From contig JBMFWS010000006.1 in the NCBI GenBank assembly GCA_049965035.1, forward strand, positions 4,582 to 68,581: a stretch of 64,000 nucleotides of DNA. The letters are read 5' to 3'. Origin of the DNA: Acidimicrobiales bacterium (GTDB lineage: Bacteria > Actinomycetota > Acidimicrobiia > Acidimicrobiales > RAAP-2). A program made the position numbers and the translations under genes. The notes under the pieces are model-generated. The model was given only the letters and a program-made list of their open reading frames with translations, was not told where the DNA came from and searched no databases. Of the stretch, positions 1 through 10,176 are shown in pieces. Every line of letters begins with the position of its first letter. Positions within the stretch are counted from its first letter, which is position 1.

Positions 1-377
1 GGTTCCTGCTCACGGGCGACACGGTGTATCCCGGCCGGCTCTACGTGCCGGACTTCCCGGCTTTCGTCGACACGATGGACCGCCTCGACCTGCTCTCGCG
101 ACGCCGCCCGGTCACCCACGTCATGGGATGTCACATCGAGATGCGGAGCGAGCCTGGCCGTGACTACCCCATCGGTGCCACCTATCAGCCGTCCGAGCCG
201 CCGCTCCAGATGACCGTCGACCAGCTCCGCGAGGTGCGCCAGGCCGCCCACGACGTGGCCGCCCGGCCCGGAGTCCACCGATTCCCCGATTTCATCATCT
301 ACAACGGTCCCTGCCGCCGCCAGATCGCCTTCCAGCTCGCCCGCTCCCTGGTGGCTCGGCTGCGCTATCCCTTCTGA
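1..377 (+). CDS. MBL-fold metallo-hydrolase, C-terminal part (5' end outside the window)
   Basis: The frame reads FLLTGDTVYPGRLY...THVMGCHIEM, matching the MBL-fold TGD motif and the late His motif; it is open at the window edge. Confidence 0.7.
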   Translation, partial: FLLTGDTVYPGRLYVPDFPAFVDTMDRLDLLSRRRPVTHVMGCHIEMRSEPGRDYPIGATYQPSEPPLQMTVDQLREVRQAAHDVAARPGVHRFPDFIIYNGPCRRQIAFQLARSLVARLRYPF

Positions 378-579
378 CCTCTCGCTCGGCATCGGCTCCG
401 GCCCGCATCGCATCTCCCGGAGCGCCGGGGACCCCGGTGAGCCTCCGTGGAGTGGCGGCGGTGTGGTGCTCCAGGTCGGATGGCCAGCGCGTCCTGGTCC
501 ACACGGCCGAGCCGTACCTGGGCAGCGCCCACGCGACCGTCTGGGGCTACCAACTGGGCCAGTGCGCCCCGCCCGAGAG

Positions 580-988
580 CCCGTCTCGATCGTGACCGTC
601 AACGCGCGGGCTATGGCAGTGCGACCGGCGCTCGAGAGGCGATTCGCCGACGCGCTCTTGGCGTTCGACTCGCCGCGAGGTCGGCGTGCTCGGCGTGCCC
701 GCACGGGCCGATACCGTCGAGGAGCTAAGCGACCTGCTGTGCCGGGGTGACGTCGACCCGGTCGCGTGGTATGGGGTGTGGCTGTTCACCGACTGGCTCG
801 AGTTCGCAGGGCTACCCGTGGACCCCGCCGACCCCGACCCTCGCGCTGCACTCGCCGCCGTCGAGCGGGAGACCAGCCGACGAGATCTCTACCGGCAGAT
901 GAGCCGGGTCTTCTACCTGATCGGGGTGGAGCGTGGCGGTGGGTCCGCCGCTCAGCCGTCCTCGCCGTGGCGGCGGCACCAGGCGTAG
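580..988 (+). pseudogene. Remnant of a class I SAM-dependent methyltransferase (C-terminal half, frameshifted)
   Basis: SIVTVNARAMAVRPALERRFADALLAFD in one frame continues as LGVPARADTVEELSDLL...PVAWYGVWLFTDW...RDLYRQMSRVFYLIG in another. No N-terminal SAM-binding GxGxG segment is visible. Confidence 0.55.
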
Positions 989-1392
989 AGCGCGTCGTAG
1001 ACGAAGGAGCCGCGTTCCAGCAGACGCTGGTCGTCGTCCTCCACGTCCAGTCCGCCCGAGCCGATGGCCTCGAGCCCCGCGCCCAGCGGGTCACTGGCGC
1101 GGTCGTCGACGATGTCGGCGGCGTGCACGATGCGGGCCAGGCGGGCCAGCGCGGGATCTTCCTGGGCGAGCCCGAAGTGGTCAATCAGGACCTCGAAGCT
1201 GCAACGGCCGTCGCGGTGGGTGAACTCGGCCCCGGGGGCATCGAAGGTGCGCGCGCCCCGTGCTGCGGCCCGCTCCAGCACCTCGCCGGCGGGAGCGAAG
1301 AGGATCTCGGCCTCGGGATCGATGAAGCGGCGGATGAGCCAGGGGCAGGCGATCCGGTCAGTCTTGGGGCGCTCGCGGGTCATCCACTCCAT
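952..1392 (-). CDS. ChrB C-terminal-domain (chromate resistance family) protein
   Basis: MEWMTRERPKTDRIACPWLIRRFIDPEAE...FTHRDGRCSFE...IVHAADI...YDALYAWC; GGAGG upstream of ATG 1392. Confidence 0.88.
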   Translation of the reverse strand: MEWMTRERPKTDRIACPWLIRRFIDPEAEILFAPAGEVLERAAARGARTFDAPGAEFTHRDGRCSFEVLIDHFGLAQEDPALARLARIVHAADIVDDRASDPLGAGLEAIGSGGLDVEDDDQRLLERGSFVYDALYAWCRRHGEDG

Positions 1393-2671
1393 CAGGAACC
1401 TCCTCCGTCGGTGCGGGCTCGCGGTCCCCATCTCGGGCGTGAGGCAACGGCACATGGCGAAACCAGGCCCACAGGCTCAGATCGTACCCAGCCTTCAGCG
1501 TTCCCGCGATCACGAAGGGTGCGCCGACGCTCAGCAGCTGGGACACCCCGGTGAGCAGCGCGCCCAGTGGTCGGCCGAGCAGTCGGGCCAGTCCCGTCGT
1601 CGCCGCAGCTCGGGTGCGTTCGGAGGCAGGGACCAGGGCCATCACGTAGGCGTTGCGCGTGGGCACGTCCATCTGCGAGAGGGACGAGCGTGCCCAGAGG
1701 ATCCCCGCGGCGACCGCGAGGTTCGGGGCGAAGGCCAGCGACGCGAGCAGGACGTTCGAGGGCAGGTGCGTGAAGACCATCGTCTTGAGCAGCCCGAAGC
1801 GCGCGCCGAGGCGGCTCGCCATGACCATCGACCAGGTCTGGAGCAGCCCGACCACCAGGAAGATCACGCCGATCTGGAGCGCGGTGGCGTCGAATCGGCG
1901 GGCCACCCAGTAGGCGACGAAGGCCTGCACGGTGAAGCCGGACCCGAAGGCGTCGACAGAGAAGAGTGCCGACAGGCGCTCGATCACCGAGCGCGTGCGC
2001 GCATCGGGAGGAGCCGGTGCCCGCGCCAGCGACGCCGGAGTCGTCGGGACCTCGTGCTCGACCTCGCGACCCAACCGGGTGGCCATCACCGCGCCAACCA
2101 GCCCGAGCGGCACCAGGGGGAGGAAGCTCACCCCGTCAACCGCACCCGTGCCCAAGAACCCCAGCCAGCCCGCACCCAGGGCGCCGAAGGCCCCGGCGGC
2201 CGCGCCGACGGCGCCGTAGCGGCCGAAGGCGCGCAGGCGCGCGCTGTGGTCCAGCGACGAGGCGAGCATCACCTGCTCGAGGGCGCCCAAGGGCCCCGAG
2301 TCGTTGGACTCGCTCGACAGGGTGCCGAGCAGCCCGGCCACGACGATCAGCCACCACGAGGGCTCCAGCGTCAGGGCCAGCCCCGCTGCGGCCTGAGCTA
2401 GGTGCCCGGCCACGTAGAGCCGCCGCCGGCCCACGCGGTCCGCGTAGCGGCGCACGGCCAGGAGCGTCCACGCCGCTCCGCCGACCACCGCTCCCAGGAC
2501 GCCGCTCACGTCGAGGCCCGAGAGCCCTCGCCGGTGGAGCTCGATCCCGAGGACCACGGCGAAGTAGCCCGACGCCAGCCCCCGCGCGCCGCGGGCGACC
2601 AGGACGACCGCGACGGTGCGGCCGCTGGCGCCCGGCACTGCCGTGACGGACGCCGGAGGAGCAGGACTCAC
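1358..2671 (-). CDS. MFS transporter
   Basis: About 12 hydrophobic segments, MFS motif A (YADRVGRRR), FTHLPSNVLL and LSQMDVPTRNAY; start taken at GTG 2671. Confidence 0.88.
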   Translation of the reverse strand: MSPAPPASVTAVPGASGRTVAVVLVARGARGLASGYFAVVLGIELHRRGLSGLDVSGVLGAVVGGAAWTLLAVRRYADRVGRRRLYVAGHLAQAAAGLALTLEPSWWLIVVAGLLGTLSSESNDSGPLGALEQVMLASSLDHSARLRAFGRYGAVGAAAGAFGALGAGWLGFLGTGAVDGVSFLPLVPLGLVGAVMATRLGREVEHEVPTTPASLARAPAPPDARTRSVIERLSALFSVDAFGSGFTVQAFVAYWVARRFDATALQIGVIFLVVGLLQTWSMVMASRLGARFGLLKTMVFTHLPSNVLLASLAFAPNLAVAAGILWARSSLSQMDVPTRNAYVMALVPASERTRAAATTGLARLLGRPLGALLTGVSQLLSVGAPFVIAGTLKAGYDLSLWAWFRHVPLPHARDGDREPAPTEEVPDGVDDPRAPQD

Positions 2672-2791
2672 CACGCCATCCTGGCCCACGGCGCGCCCGA
2701 GGGGAGCGGTCCAGCGTGGCGTGGTGACTCCTCGCGTGACCGGGAGCCAGATAGGTAACATTGATATACATCTACCGAACGAGGGAGGCGC

Positions 2792-3301
2792 ATGAGTCCC
2801 ACCGTGACCAGGTCCGCGTCCGGGGATCCCGCGCTGAAGGTCCCCGGCGACGACGTCGGCGCACTGGCCGACCAGGTGCGGGTGACGACGGTGCGCCTCA
2901 CCCGTCAGCTTCGCCAACGGGACCGGTCGGGACTGAGCATCACGCAGTATGCGGCCCTGGCCTCGGTCGTCGATCACGATGCGCTCTCCATCGGCGGGCT
3001 CGCGGCCCGCGAGCACCAGCCCTCCCCGGCGGCGTCGCGGATCGCGGACTGCCTGGAAGCGGCGGGACTGCTGATCCGCGAGCGCAACCCCCAAGACGGC
3101 CGCGGCGTGATCTTGCACGCGACCGAGCGCGGGCGCGCGGTAGTGACGGCCCAACGGGCGCGAGGCAACGCCTGGCTGGCGTCGCGACTGGCCGCGCTGT
3201 CGCCCCAGCAGCGTGACCTGGTGGCTGGGGGGATCGAGGTGCTGTCCTCGGCGATCCTCGGTGCCGACGCCGCCGGAGAGACCGGCGAGGTCCCCCGATG
3301 A
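2792..3301 (+). CDS. MarR-family transcriptional regulator
   Basis: LSITQYAALASV...ASRIADCLEAAGLLIRERNPQDGRGVILHATERG winged HTH; GGAGG RBS. Confidence 0.9.
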   Translation: MSPTVTRSASGDPALKVPGDDVGALADQVRVTTVRLTRQLRQRDRSGLSITQYAALASVVDHDALSIGGLAAREHQPSPAASRIADCLEAAGLLIRERNPQDGRGVILHATERGRAVVTAQRARGNAWLASRLAALSPQQRDLVAGGIEVLSSAILGADAAGETGEVPR

Positions 3302-5043
3302 GCGGGCGCTCGCGGGCTCCCGAGGGCGTGGTCGGGCACCGCTACAAGTGGGTGGTCCTGTCCAATACCACGATCGGCGTGCTGCTGGCCTCGATGAACA
3401 CCACGAGCCTCATCATCGCGCTGCCCGTCATCTTCCGCGGCATCCACCTCGACCCGCTGGATCCGGCGAACTTCCCGTACCTGCTGTGGATCATGATGGG
3501 CTACATGCTGGTCACCGCGGCGCTCGTGGTGACGGTGGGGCGCATCGGCGACATCTTCGGCCGGGTGCGGACCTACAACCTGGGCTTCGCGTGGTTCACC
3601 GTGGGCTCCATCGCGCTCTCGCTGGTGTGGGGCCACGGGACGTCCGGCGCCCTGTCCCTGGTGATCCTGCGGATGTTCCAGGCGGTGGGGGGGACGTTCC
3701 TGCTCGCCAACTCGGCGGCCATCATCACCGACGCCTTCCCCTCCGATGAGCTCGGGCTGGCCCTCGGGATCAACATGGTGGCGGCGATCTTTGGGGGGTT
3801 CTTCGGCATCATCGCTGGCGGCCTGCTCTCGCAGGTGGGCTGGCGCTGGGTGTTCTTGGCCAACGTCCCCTTCGGCGTGCTGGGCACGGTGTGGGCCTAC
3901 CTCAAGCTCAAGGAGATCGGGGTCCACGTGCGGGCCCGCATCGACTGGCTGGGGAACCTGAGTTTCGCGGCCGGGCTGGCCATGGTCCTGGTCGGCGTGA
4001 CCTACGGCATCAAGCCCTACGGGACCTCGCTGACGGGCTGGTCGAGCCCGTTCGTGCTGTGGATGATCGGCAGCGGCCTGGTGCTGCTGGTGGCCTTCGT
4101 GGCCATCGAGAGGCACGTCGTCGAGCCGATGTTCCGCATGTCGCTGTTCCGCGTCCGGGCCTTCACCGCGGGCAACATCGCCCAGTTCCTCGGTGCGGTC
4201 GGCCGGGGCGGGATGCAGTTCATGCTGATCATCTGGTTCCAGGGCATCTGGCTGCCCCAGCACGGCTACGACTTCACGCGCACGCCGCTGTGGTCCGGGC
4301 TCTACATGCTGCCCTGGACCCTGGGCTTCGTGGCCGCCGGGCCGATCTCGGGACGCCTGTCCGACCGGTTCGGCCCCCGCCCCTTCGCCACGGCCGGCAT
4401 GGTGCTGTCGGCGGCCAGCTACCTGGTCATGATGGCCTTCCCACCGAACTTCGCCTACGCGCCCTTTGCGCTCGTAATGGGCATTAGCGGTGTGGCGATG
4501 GGACTGTTCGCCGCGCCCAACACCGCCTCGATCATGAACGCCGTGCCAGCGCGTGAGCGGGGAGCGGCCTCGGGCATGCGCGTGACTTTCGGCAACGCCG
4601 GCATGCCGCTGTCTATGGGCCTCTTCTTCACGCTGATGGTCGTGGGGCTGAACGCCGAGGTGCCCCGATCGATGTCGCGCGCTCTGATCGCCCACGGCGT
4701 CCCGGCCGCCAGCGCCTCGGCGCTGGCGCACGTGCCGCCCCTCGGCTACCTGTTCGCCTCGTTCCTCGGCTACAACCCGCTGGCGTCGCTGCTCGGTCCC
4801 CACGTGCTGGCCCAGCTGCCCACGCACGATGCGACCACCATCACCAGCCGGGCCTTCTTCCCCCAGATCATCGGCGGCCCCTTCAAGCACGGCCTGGTGC
4901 TGATCCTGGCCTTCGCGGCGGTCATGAGCCTGGTGGCCGCGCTGGCCTCGGCCCTGCGCGGCCAGCGCTTCGTCCACGAGGAGGCCGGCTCGACAATCGA
5001 TCACCGCACGACCGATGCCGTCGTCGCGTCGTCGGTGGACTGA
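3298..5043 (+). CDS. DHA2 (EmrB/QacA-type) 14-TM MFS transporter
   Basis: GRIGDIFGRVRTYNLG, GWRWVFLANVPFG and GRLSDRFGPR; ATGA overlap with the marR gene. Confidence 0.9.
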   Translation: MSGRSRAPEGVVGHRYKWVVLSNTTIGVLLASMNTTSLIIALPVIFRGIHLDPLDPANFPYLLWIMMGYMLVTAALVVTVGRIGDIFGRVRTYNLGFAWFTVGSIALSLVWGHGTSGALSLVILRMFQAVGGTFLLANSAAIITDAFPSDELGLALGINMVAAIFGGFFGIIAGGLLSQVGWRWVFLANVPFGVLGTVWAYLKLKEIGVHVRARIDWLGNLSFAAGLAMVLVGVTYGIKPYGTSLTGWSSPFVLWMIGSGLVLLVAFVAIERHVVEPMFRMSLFRVRAFTAGNIAQFLGAVGRGGMQFMLIIWFQGIWLPQHGYDFTRTPLWSGLYMLPWTLGFVAAGPISGRLSDRFGPRPFATAGMVLSAASYLVMMAFPPNFAYAPFALVMGISGVAMGLFAAPNTASIMNAVPARERGAASGMRVTFGNAGMPLSMGLFFTLMVVGLNAEVPRSMSRALIAHGVPAASASALAHVPPLGYLFASFLGYNPLASLLGPHVLAQLPTHDATTITSRAFFPQIIGGPFKHGLVLILAFAAVMSLVAALASALRGQRFVHEEAGSTIDHRTTDAVVASSVD

Positions 5044-5076
5044 TCAGTCCCCCAGCGATGCGGCTACGGTGTGCCG

Positions 5077-6105
5077 ATGCCTCGGGCCCTGATCCTGGGT
5101 GGAACCGGTGCCAGCGGCGTGGCCATCGCGCTGCGCCTGCGCGTTCGAGGGTGGGGCGTCACGGTGACCAGCCGCGACCCGGCGCGCGTGCCCCCACCGC
5201 TGGCCCTGGCGGGTGTGCGCCACGTCGTGGGCGATCGCGGCGATGCCCGTCATCTGGCCAGCGCGCTCGGCGCGGGCGCCGATCTGCTGGTGGATGCGGC
5301 CTGCTACGACGCGGCCCACGCCCGCGCCGTGACGCCGCTGGCGACCGACGTGGCCAGCGTGGTGATGATCTCGTCGAAGGCCGTCTACGTCGACGACGCG
5401 GGACGGCACGCGAACTCCCCCGAGCCTCCGCGCTTCGCCGGACCGATTCTCGAGACGCAGGCCACCCTGCGTCCCGACGCCCGCACCCTCGACGCCGGAG
5501 CCTCGTACGGAGGCGCGAAGGTCGCGGCTGAGGAGGTCCTGCTGGCGTGCGACGCGCCGGTCTCGGTGCTGCGGCCCTCCAAGGTACACGGCGCGAGGTC
5601 GCGTCGACCCCGCGAGTGGATCTTCGTGCGTCGGGTGCTCGACGGGCGCGACGTGGTGCTCTTGCGGGACGGGGGCCGGGGCGCCGACCATCCGTCAGCC
5701 GCCGCCAACGTGGCCGCGCTGGTCGAGACGGTGGCCCGGGTCCCCGGGACGCGCATCCTCAACGCGGCGGACCCCGACTGCCCCACCGTGCGCCAGATCG
5801 CGCAGTCGGTCGCCGCGGCCCTGGGGCACGCCTGGCGCCAGGTCGACGTCCCCGCCGCCGACGAGTCCGAGGTGGCGCGCGCGCCCTGGGACCACGACCC
5901 GCCGGTCAGGCTCGACACCCGAGCGGCGGGCACCCTGGGCTACCAGCCCGTGGGTGACTACGCCACCACGGGGGGCGAGGAGCTGGACTGGCTGGTCACC
6001 GAGGCCAGCCAGCCCGACGGGTCGGGCTGGCTGCCCGGTGCGGGCGACCCGTTCTTCGCGCCGCTGCTCGACTACGCGTCCGAGGACGCCCGGCTGGCCC
6101 GCTGA
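5077..6105 (+). CDS. NAD-dependent epimerase/dehydratase family protein
   Basis: ALILGGTGASG Rossmann motif and YGGAK (YxxxK); TACGGT lies 6 nt before ATG 5077. Confidence 0.85.
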   Translation: MPRALILGGTGASGVAIALRLRVRGWGVTVTSRDPARVPPPLALAGVRHVVGDRGDARHLASALGAGADLLVDAACYDAAHARAVTPLATDVASVVMISSKAVYVDDAGRHANSPEPPRFAGPILETQATLRPDARTLDAGASYGGAKVAAEEVLLACDAPVSVLRPSKVHGARSRRPREWIFVRRVLDGRDVVLLRDGGRGADHPSAAANVAALVETVARVPGTRILNAADPDCPTVRQIAQSVAAALGHAWRQVDVPAADESEVARAPWDHDPPVRLDTRAAGTLGYQPVGDYATTGGEELDWLVTEASQPDGSGWLPGAGDPFFAPLLDYASEDARLAR

Positions 6106-6209
6106 CCCGTCGGCGCGCTGGCGCGGGCCCGGGCGAGTCCCATCTGGTGCCAGACTGAGCACAGTCGCGCCGACCCCGAACCCGTCGGCCATCAGGAGAG
6201 GGGAATCCC

Positions 6210-7916
6210 GTGGAGGACGCCGCACCGCGCTCCGAGATGTTCGCACTGGCCGACGGCTTCGTGCAGGAGTACTTGGACTTGAGCCCGGTCATGACCACCT
6301 TCGTGGGCGCCGCGGGACACGAGGACGAGCTCGACGACTACTCGCCGGCCGCTCACGAGCGGCTGGCCCAGCTGATCGCTCGGACGCGGCACGCCCTGGA
6401 CGCGGTCGCGGCCGGCGACGAGATCGATCGCATCGCGGGCGCGGCCCTGGGCGAGCGCCTCGAGGCCGAGGGCGCGATCGTCGAGGCGCGCGAGCAGGCG
6501 CGCACCTTCGGCGTCATCGACTCCCCGGTGATGAACATCCGCCAGGTGTTCGAGCTCATGCCCGCGAGCTCGGCCGACGACGTGGCGGTGATCACGCGCC
6601 GCCTCCGCGCCGTGGCGGGCTCCCTGGCCAGCTGGCGCGCGACGCTGGCCGAGGCGATGGACCGCGGGGAGGTCGTGGCTCGGCGTCACGTCGACGGCAT
6701 CGTCGAGCAGGCCACGGCCATGGCGCACCAGGGCTGGGCCGACTTCGCCGCCAGCGTCCCGCCAGGAGGTCGCGACGCGCGCGCCCTCGACGAGGCGGTG
6801 CGCTCGGCTCAGGCCGCCTACCAGGAGACCGCGACGTGGCTGCGGGACGTCTACGCCCCCCACGCCGCTGACTCCGACCGGGTGGGCCGCGAGCGCTACG
6901 AGCGCTGGGTTCGCTACTACACCGGGGCCGACCTCGACCTCGACGAGACGTACGCGTGGGGATGGGAGGAACTCCAGCGCCTCAACGAGCGCATGTGGCA
7001 GGTGGCCCGCGCGGTGGCGCCGGACGCCGAGCGCCTCGACCAGGTCGCCGATGCCCTGGACCGCGATCCGCAGTACCGCATCGAGGGGACTGACGAGCTG
7101 CTGGCCCGGCTGCGCGCGTTCACCGATGCCGCGGTCGAGCGCGTCGACGGCGAGCACTTCGCCATCGACCCGAGGATCCGCTTCTGCGACGTGCGCCTGG
7201 CCCCCGAGGGATCGGCGGCCGCGCCCTACTACATCAGCCCGAGCGAGGACCTCACGCGACCGGGCACGACCTGGTTCCCGACGCTGGGTGCGACCTCGTT
7301 CGCGTGGTGGCGCCAGGTGTCGACCTGGTACCACGAGAGCGTCCCGGGCCACCACCTCCAGTTGGGGACCGTCGTGGCCAACCGCGACCGGCTCAGCCGG
7401 TTCCAGCGGTTGCTGGCGACCTCGAGTGGGTGGGCCGAGGGCTGGGCCCTGTACGCCGAGCGGCTCATGGACGAGCTGGGCGCCTTTGACTCACCGGGCT
7501 ACGAGCTGGGCTACCTCCAGGGCCAGGCGCTGCGGGCCGCCCGCGTCGTCGTCGACATCGGGCTGCACCTGGGCCTGCCGGTGCCGCGCGACTTCGGCGT
7601 GCTCGGCGACTTCGGCGACATCGGGGGCCAGGTGTGGCAGCCCGACTGGGCGGTGGCGACGCTGGTCGAGCGCGCCATGGAGAGCCGGGCCTTCGCCGCG
7701 TCCGAGATCGACCGCTACCTGGCGATCCCGGGCCAGGCAATCAGCTACAAGGTGGGCGAGCGCGTCTGGCTGGCGGCGCGCGCCGAGGCCCGCGCGCGCC
7801 TCGGGTCGCAGTTCTCGCTGCCGGCGTTCCACGCCTACTCCCTGGCGCTCGGACCACTGGGCCTGGATCCCTTCAGCGCCGAGATGCGTCGCTGGCGCGG
7901 GGGCGAAGTGACCTGA
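6210..7916 (+). CDS. DUF885 domain protein (putative metallopeptidase-like)
   Basis: WYHESVPGHHLQ, GWAEGWALYAERLMDE, EIDRY...PGQAISYKVGE. Confidence 0.9.
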   Translation: MEDAAPRSEMFALADGFVQEYLDLSPVMTTFVGAAGHEDELDDYSPAAHERLAQLIARTRHALDAVAAGDEIDRIAGAALGERLEAEGAIVEAREQARTFGVIDSPVMNIRQVFELMPASSADDVAVITRRLRAVAGSLASWRATLAEAMDRGEVVARRHVDGIVEQATAMAHQGWADFAASVPPGGRDARALDEAVRSAQAAYQETATWLRDVYAPHAADSDRVGRERYERWVRYYTGADLDLDETYAWGWEELQRLNERMWQVARAVAPDAERLDQVADALDRDPQYRIEGTDELLARLRAFTDAAVERVDGEHFAIDPRIRFCDVRLAPEGSAAAPYYISPSEDLTRPGTTWFPTLGATSFAWWRQVSTWYHESVPGHHLQLGTVVANRDRLSRFQRLLATSSGWAEGWALYAERLMDELGAFDSPGYELGYLQGQALRAARVVVDIGLHLGLPVPRDFGVLGDFGDIGGQVWQPDWAVATLVERAMESRAFAASEIDRYLAIPGQAISYKVGERVWLAARAEARARLGSQFSLPAFHAYSLALGPLGLDPFSAEMRRWRGGEVT

Positions 7917-8079
7917 GCGACGCGGAGCGATGCGCGGGGAACATCACGTGATCGCGCGCGTCCCGGCCGGCGCGGGGCCGGGGACCGGGCCGGTAGGGTG
8001 GCGCCCGAACGGCCGACCGCGGCGCGTCGGCGCCACCGAGTGCCGGGCGAGACTCGCGACGGCGCGGAAAGGTGGAGAC

Positions 8080-8418
8080 ATGGAGGATCAGGCAGCCAAG
8101 GTGGCCTTCGTCATCTTGAGTGATGACCCGGCTCGGGCGATTCCGGGACTGGTGCTCGCCGGGCGCATGAAGGAGCATCGCGGCGTTGACGTGCGCCTGA
8201 TCTTCTTTGGGCCGGGCGTGCGCCTCGCGGCGAGCGGTGCGGCCGACGAGCATCTGGCCACGCTGCGCCGGGCGGGGGTCGTCCCCACGGCCTGCCAGGC
8301 CAACGTCGAGCAGTACGGGCTGAACCAGGAGATCGGCACGCGGCCCATCGAGCTCTTGGCCGCGGGGGCCGAGATCGAGTCCTACGCGCGCGAGGGCTAC
8401 ACCGTCGTGAGCTTCTGA
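8080..8418 (+). CDS. DsrE-family protein
   Basis: VRLIFFGPGVRL...PTACQAN...EGYTVVSF, DsrE fold with the conserved Cys; GGAG RBS. Confidence 0.75.
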   Translation: MEDQAAKVAFVILSDDPARAIPGLVLAGRMKEHRGVDVRLIFFGPGVRLAASGAADEHLATLRRAGVVPTACQANVEQYGLNQEIGTRPIELLAAGAEIESYAREGYTVVSF

Positions 8419-9743
8419 GCGGACCGTGTCGCGCGTACCAGGGTGCGCGCGAGGGCCGTCAGTCGAGGGCTGGGGCGCACCCGCAGCGCGCTGGTCGCCC
8501 GGGGCTGGCGCATCGCGTTGGGCAGTTGGGCCACCGCCGCGGCGCAGCGGTTCCGCGCGGCGTCGAGGCTGGGCTGGACGGCGAGTACCTGGCCGGCCCG
8601 CATAACGGGCTCGAGCAGGGCGCGACCGGGCAGGTCCTCGTCCTCGAGGGCCAGGACGTCGGGGCCGACGTCCGGGCGGAAGACCTGGTGTCGTCCGGGA
8701 TCCGACGTCTTGCCGGCCGCGTGCTTCATCACGGGCTCCCAGCCCGTCGCTGAGCGCTGCGCGACCAGCTTGTAGACCGCTGACAGGGCTGGGATGGCGG
8801 CGCTGGTGGCCAGGGCGGTGCCGACGCCGAAGGCGTCGATGGGGGCGCCGGCAGCGACGAGGGCAGCCACGCGGTCCTCGGTGAGGTCGTTGGTGGCCAC
8901 GATCTGCGTCTGGGTGAGACCCGCACGATCGAGCAGGGCGCGCGCGCGCCGCGACTCGGCGCCCAGGTCCCCCGAGTCCAGGCGCACGCCCTGCAGGGCG
9001 ATGCCCGTGGCCCGGCTCGCCGCGATCGCGTGGGCCACCCCAGTCGATGGGTCGTAGGTGTCGACGAGCACCACGGCGCGCTGGGGGAACTCGCGGAGGA
9101 ACTCGATGAACGCCTGTTGCTCACCGGCGGGACCGTGAGCCAAGACGTAGTGGTGCGCCATGGTCCCCGTCGTGGCGATGCCCAGATCGATCCCGGCGCT
9201 GGTGGTGGCCGTCGCGTCGACGCCGCCGATCCAGGCCGCCCGGGCCGTGGCGCGCGCCGAGCCCACGCCGGGCAGGCGGCGCAGCGAGAAGTCCGAGACC
9301 GGCCGGCCGGCGGCCGCGTCGACGATGCGGCGCGCCCGAGTCGCCACCGCAGTCTGGTGCGAGACGATCGCCAGCAGGGCACCTTCGACCAGGGACGCCT
9401 CGATCCGAGGCGCCGTGATGCGCAAGAGAGGAGTCCCTGCGCCCACGGGCGTGCCCTCGGCGATGGCGTCGACGTCGCCGGTGAAGCCGATGCCCGCGCA
9501 GTGGTCGAGGAAGGCGGGATCGAAGCGGCCCGCCGCGCGCAGGGCGTCGAGATCGGGCCCGGACAGGGCGAACTGCGCGAGGAAGTCGAGGGCGTCGGCC
9601 AGGCCGGCACTCACCGCGTAGCCGTAGTGGCGGGGCAGCGATCGCAGGACGAGCTCGAAGGCCACCTCCCCGGTGCGACCCTCGCGCCAGAACGACTGCG
9701 ACATGGTGAGCTCGTACTCGTCGAAGATCAGGGTGCTGGCCAT
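8397..9743 (-). CDS. pncB: Nicotinate phosphoribosyltransferase
   Basis: FDEYELTM, SDFSLRR, GTMAHHYV, LVDTYD, GVRLDSGDL, DAFGVGT, VYKLV. Confidence 0.92.
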   Translation of the reverse strand: MASTLIFDEYELTMSQSFWREGRTGEVAFELVLRSLPRHYGYAVSAGLADALDFLAQFALSGPDLDALRAAGRFDPAFLDHCAGIGFTGDVDAIAEGTPVGAGTPLLRITAPRIEASLVEGALLAIVSHQTAVATRARRIVDAAAGRPVSDFSLRRLPGVGSARATARAAWIGGVDATATTSAGIDLGIATTGTMAHHYVLAHGPAGEQQAFIEFLREFPQRAVVLVDTYDPSTGVAHAIAASRATGIALQGVRLDSGDLGAESRRARALLDRAGLTQTQIVATNDLTEDRVAALVAAGAPIDAFGVGTALATSAAIPALSAVYKLVAQRSATGWEPVMKHAAGKTSDPGRHQVFRPDVGPDVLALEDEDLPGRALLEPVMRAGQVLAVQPSLDAARNRCAAAVAQLPNAMRQPRATSALRVRPSPRLTALARTLVRATRSAQKLTTV

Positions 9744-9794
9744 GGTGCTGTGCTCCGAACCTAGCGGCTGCCCGGGAGCGCGGGGTCTTGGTGG

Positions 9795-10166
9795 CTAGCG
9801 GGCTGCGGCGACGCGAGCCAGCTCGTCGGCGAGCACCCGGGCGCTCGAGCGCGCGAGGTCGCGGGTGGCGGTGATCAGCACCAGCCGCGACGACACCGCG
9901 AGATCCGCGAGGTGGGTGACCGCCAGGACCGCGGGCGCCTCGCGCAGCTCGAGCTCGTAGCGCTGGCGGAACTCGTCGAAACGGGCCTCGTCGTGCGCGT
10001 ACCAGCGGCGTAGCTCGGGACTGGGCGCCGCATCTCGGGCCCACTCGTCGAGGTCGGCCGCCGCCCGCGTGATCCCGCGGGGCCAGAGCCGGTCGACCAG
10101 GACCCGAACGTCGCCCGCACCTCGCCCGGGATCCCCGTAGATGCGGGTCACCACGACAGCGCCCAT
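9795..10166 (-). CDS. DUF488 (YeaO-like) protein
   Basis: RIY...RVLVDRLWPRGI...APSPELRRWYAHD...FRQRYELEL. Confidence 0.9.
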   Translation of the reverse strand: MGAVVVTRIYGDPGRGAGDVRVLVDRLWPRGITRAAADLDEWARDAAPSPELRRWYAHDEARFDEFRQRYELELREAPAVLAVTHLADLAVSSRLVLITATRDLARSSARVLADELARVAAAR

Positions 10167-10176
10167 CGTGGCCACG

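Noticed and set aside
9795-10166. DUF488 plus pncB as an anti-phage NAD system
   Set aside because: No defence-type or phage genes lie nearby; the context is redox and Fe-S related.
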